Assembly: GCA_964016885.1 (NCBI GenBank)
Contig: OZ024742.1
Span: 326,554,001 to 326,618,000 of the forward strand
DNA: 64,000 bases
DNA from: Eledone cirrhosa
Lineage: Eukaryota
Direction: 5' to 3'
Shown here: positions 60,345-64,000 of the stretch, piece by piece
Position numbering within the stretch: position 1 is the stretch's first letter
Layout of the letters: every line of letters starts with the position of its first letter
Translations under genes and position numbers: made by a program
Notes under the pieces: model-generated
Seen by the model: only the letters and a program-made list of their open reading frames with translations
Told to the model about the DNA's origin: nothing
The model's database searches: none

Positions 60345-60545
60345 TGTAGTATAGAACAAAGGAGAGACACACAATAAAACCCCAGTCACTGAGGAGGTCA
60401 CAAAATGTGTGACAAAAGAACTTTGTCAATTTATAAATAACCATCCGAACCAGCCAACCTCGGAAATTTATAATAAATTGAAGTGAAAACCAACAGGTGC
60501 GTGTGTTTTTATTGGCAGCATGCCCCTCACAAAGTATAACAATAT
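60345..60545 (+). mobile_element. Diverged inverted copy of the 59520-59770 PLE terminus with a mutated HHR (60385-60427)
   Basis: gtcaCTGAGGAggtcaca..tgtgacAAAA; G12 is lost. Confidence 0.75.
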
Positions 60546-60610
60546 ATGTTTCAACACACGTCTTCAGATAAGAAATCTTGCAAAAGAAATTCAAAAACGA
60601 AGTATATATG

Positions 60611-60679
<69 letters not shown>

Positions 60680-61250
60680 CCTGGGAGTGTAACGTTAAAT
60701 TACTCTAGGTTCAACCAAGTGAGGTCCGATGAGCTTTTGATTCCATAGTCGGGCGGGATCGATAGAATTTAATCTAATCTGGCCGAGTTTACAGTCACAA
60801 GTAAGAAGAACCAGGACCACCCCTAGGAGCATTGGATTTGGTGTACTTTATATTTGTTTCGGTTGCTGAATACAACAGGGGGGGGGGGGGGCTGCTTCTC
60901 ATTAAGGTCAGTAGTTCTCTTGTAAATCGAACTGGAACGCCTTTCCATTGTCAATTTGCATTGATCATCTGCAAAGCCGCATTGTTCTCAGAACCACAAC
61001 ACCAGTCTTTCAATATGTGCAGCTGGAACTACTGCCACCCATTGATTTGGCAGGAATTTCTTTTTTTGCCTCTTATGATTTCTTCCGCCCTTTGTCAGGT
61101 TTTGTTATTTGTCCTGCAGGGTGTCCAAAATCACCCTCCCCACCAAGTAAATATTGTGGAGTTGCCGGTTTCGTCACCGACAACCCGACCATGCGACAGG
61201 TTGTAATGCGTTACATGCTACCAGTAGCACTCAAGAGTGACCTGACATAA
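60680..61250 (-). mobile_element. RTE-related 5' region fragment
   Basis: 61087-61224 is homologous to 62622-62759. Confidence 0.55.
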
Positions 61251-61304
61251 GATCGATACAGATCGAACCTTCTATTATTATATCATTATATATAAAAGGG
61301 CCAA

Positions 61305-61627
61305 ATCATGCCGAGGTTAACTTTGCCTTTCATCCTTACGGGGTCGATAAAATAAAGTACCAGTCATGCGCTGGGGTCGATTTAATCGACTCCCCCCCCC
61401 CCCAAATTGCTAGCCTTGGGTCTATACAAGAAACCATTATATATAAAAGGGCGGTGGATTGGCGGTATCGGTAGAGGTTCGGACGCCATGCTTTGCAGCA
61501 AAGAGTTACGGCCCTTTCATCCTTACGGGGTCGATAAAATAAAGTACCAGTCATGAGCTGGTGTTGATCTAATCGACTTTCCCCTCCCCCAAAATTGCTG
61601 GCCTTGTGCCTAAATAAGAAACCATTA
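61305..61627 (+). mobile_element. Two tandem Nin/Deu-like SINEs (first 5'-truncated, second internally deleted)
   Basis: Same central domain and tail as the other copies. Confidence 0.85.
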
Positions 61628-61820
61628 ATAGATTTGGCATATCTAAGAAATTATTTTCCTATTCTAATTTCCAATAAATCCCTTGACAGGTTTATCAGTT
61701 AGGTCGGCTTAATATTTGATTGCTTGATAACTGAGACAAAATTAATTTCTCGTAAGTCTTCGTGCGTGTGTGTGTGTGTATGTCTTTATATATGTGTATA
61801 TATGTGTGTATGTGTGTATA

Positions 61821-61905
<85 letters not shown>

Positions 61906-61950
61906 GTATATATCTATATATACATACATAAATATATATTCATATATATA

Positions 61951-61982
<32 letters not shown>

Positions 61983-62172
61983 CGTATATATCTATATATA
62001 CATACATAAATATATATTCATATATATATATTCATATATATATATATACATATATATATATACCTATATATCTATATATACATACATAAATATATATACA
62101 TATATATATATACATATATATATACATATATATATATATATACATATATACATATATATATATTTACATATA

Positions 62173-62760
62173 TGGTGGCTGCCAACTCGTTTTCGAGTAC
62201 GGCCACTACTTTATATCCATGTAGGAGAACCTCTACCGATGCGCTGAACAAGTGTGACTTTTTAGTCCAGCCAGCGTCTTAAAAACTCTGGTACAAACAC
62301 TACACTTGTGACAATTATTGACACATAGTGCTGGGCCCATGGTACCATGTGACGACAAGTGCAGAGAGATCTCCAGATATAAAGCAATGCCTGTGCCGTG
62401 AAGCTTTTATAGTGAGCAAAGGCACTGCACAAAGCCAGTCCCACTCTCTTAACCAAGATGATATTTACCAAAAAGAAGAACAAGTCAACATCATTGGATA
62501 CCATCAGGGTTGCAGGTGTTATATCAGAATTTTCCTTCTCCTAGAATTCTGCCTTGACAAAGGCTAAGGGGTCATCTCTCCCGGTGATTTTGGATGGCCA
62601 TTGACTCTTAAGAGCTCCTTTGCCCTTTGACAGGTTTTGTTTTAAGTCCTGCAGGATGTCCAAAGTCACCCTCCTCACCAAGAAACCTTGGTGGGGTTGC
62701 CAGTTTAGTCGCCAACGACACGACCATGAGACAGGTTGTACTGGGATACATGTTACCAGA
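62173..62760 (-). mobile_element. Non-autonomous RTE-related element, longer copy
   Basis: Shares ~410 bp and its left end with 24284-24692; TA flanks. Confidence 0.72.
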
Positions 62761-62767
62761 TATATAT

Positions 62768-62812
<45 letters not shown>

Positions 62813-62981
62813 TATAATTTATGTGGAAAGTCATGTACAAATATATTTGCGTTTGTTCTCAGGAGATATACAGGTATGTATAAATTGATAGCGAGGTCTA
62901 AAGATGAATTTTTTGTGCAGGTATGCGTGTTTGTATGTATATGAATGCGTATTTATAGAGATTTGTATATGAATGTATGTC

Positions 62982-63019
<38 letters not shown>

Positions 63020-63029
63020 TAATATATAA

Positions 63030-63071
63030 GAACAAAAGATGGTTAAAGGAGTTCCATGTATTTTATTATGC
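63030..63071 (-). mobile_element. 42-bp stub of the family A PLE 3' terminus
   Basis: Matches 27308-27351 and the reverse complement of 31262-31303. Confidence 0.8.
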
Positions 63072-63141
63072 TTTATATATGTATATATATATATGTATAT
63101 ATATGTATATATATTTATGTATGTATATATAGATATATACG

Positions 63142-63203
<62 letters not shown>

Positions 63204-63295
63204 CGTGAGTATATATATATATTATAGGAGAGAGGTTAACGATTAAGATCAGTAAGCTCATTCAACTTCGTAATTTATACTTTAAACTATTTTAT

Positions 63296-63590
63296 ATGTA
63301 TATGTGTGTCTGTGTGCGTGCGTCAGTGTATGTATATGTGTGTGTGTATCTGTGGGTGTCGGTGTCTGTGTCAGTGTGTGTGTGTGTGTGTGTGTGTCAG
63401 TGTCTGTGTGACAGTGTGTGTGTATGTGTATCTGTGTGTGTCAGTGTCTGTGTCAGTGTGTGTGTATGTGTGCGTCAGTGTGTGTGTATGTGTGTGTGTA
63501 AGTGTATCTGTGTGTGTCAGTGTGTGTGTGTAAGTGTATCTGTGTGTGTCAGTGTGTGTGTATGTGTATGCGAATGGGTGTGTGTGCATG
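63296..63590. repeat. (GT)n tract interrupted by gtcagt motifs
   Basis: Direct reading. Confidence 0.9.
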
Positions 63591-63941
63591 TATGTCACTG
63601 TACATTGTCTCTACATATATTTGTCTGCCTGTGTACGATGTCTGTATGGTTATATTTCAGCTTACCTAAAAAATATCAAAACATTTCTATCTCTACGATA
63701 GTATGTTGTTATCAACTGGAACATGTAAGTGGTAGTATCATTTAAACTTCTTTTCCATGGTATTGATTTTTTGCAATAATCCTATAAATCATTTTGACGT
63801 TGACATTATCTTATCAATGTATTTTAACTATGTTATAAAAAGTGAGGAAATTGGTGCTTTATAAGCATAGAGTTTTCACCTGAGTCCATCACTAGTACGG
63901 TAGGGCTTCCTGCAGGAAATGGTAAAAAAGTGAAAAAAGAT

Positions 63942-63975
<34 letters not shown>

Positions 63976-64000
63976 GTGTGTGTATATATATGTATGTACG

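Noticed and set aside
60543-60601. Minus-strand CTGAAGA-cgtgtgtt-GAAA-catata motif, related to 60147-60195
   Set aside because: Stems I and II do not pair; at best a decayed remnant.

Overview
Eukaryotic, very AT-rich, repeat-only window. The tRNA-derived SINEs, huge (TA)n/(CA)n tracts and Penelope content point to a coleoid cephalopod, probably Octopus (inference). I see no host gene; nearly all ORFs in the track are YI/CV translations of microsatellites. Left of the 200-N gap (20421-20620) are old SINEs, MITEs and minisatellites. Right of it is a nest of (TA)n-inserted retroelements. These are six Penelope-like element (PLE) coding regions or fragments (four Naiad-type RT/GIY-YIG, two of other PLE types), a CRE-clade fragment and RTE-related pieces. 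Reading the non-TA islands by hand gives about 20 type-I hammerhead ribozyme (HHR) motifs from about a dozen sequence families. Most have a family-specific palindromic stem III, and at least four carry the compensatory U3-A8 core. Positions 39005-54492 form two nested PLEs, each with ~3-kb inverted arms whose 3' UTRs are mostly microsatellite cargo. There are also three fold-back half-hammerhead mini-elements broken at the same site and head-to-head fusions between different PLE families. All RNA folds were read by eye and are not computed; many boundaries are approximate.
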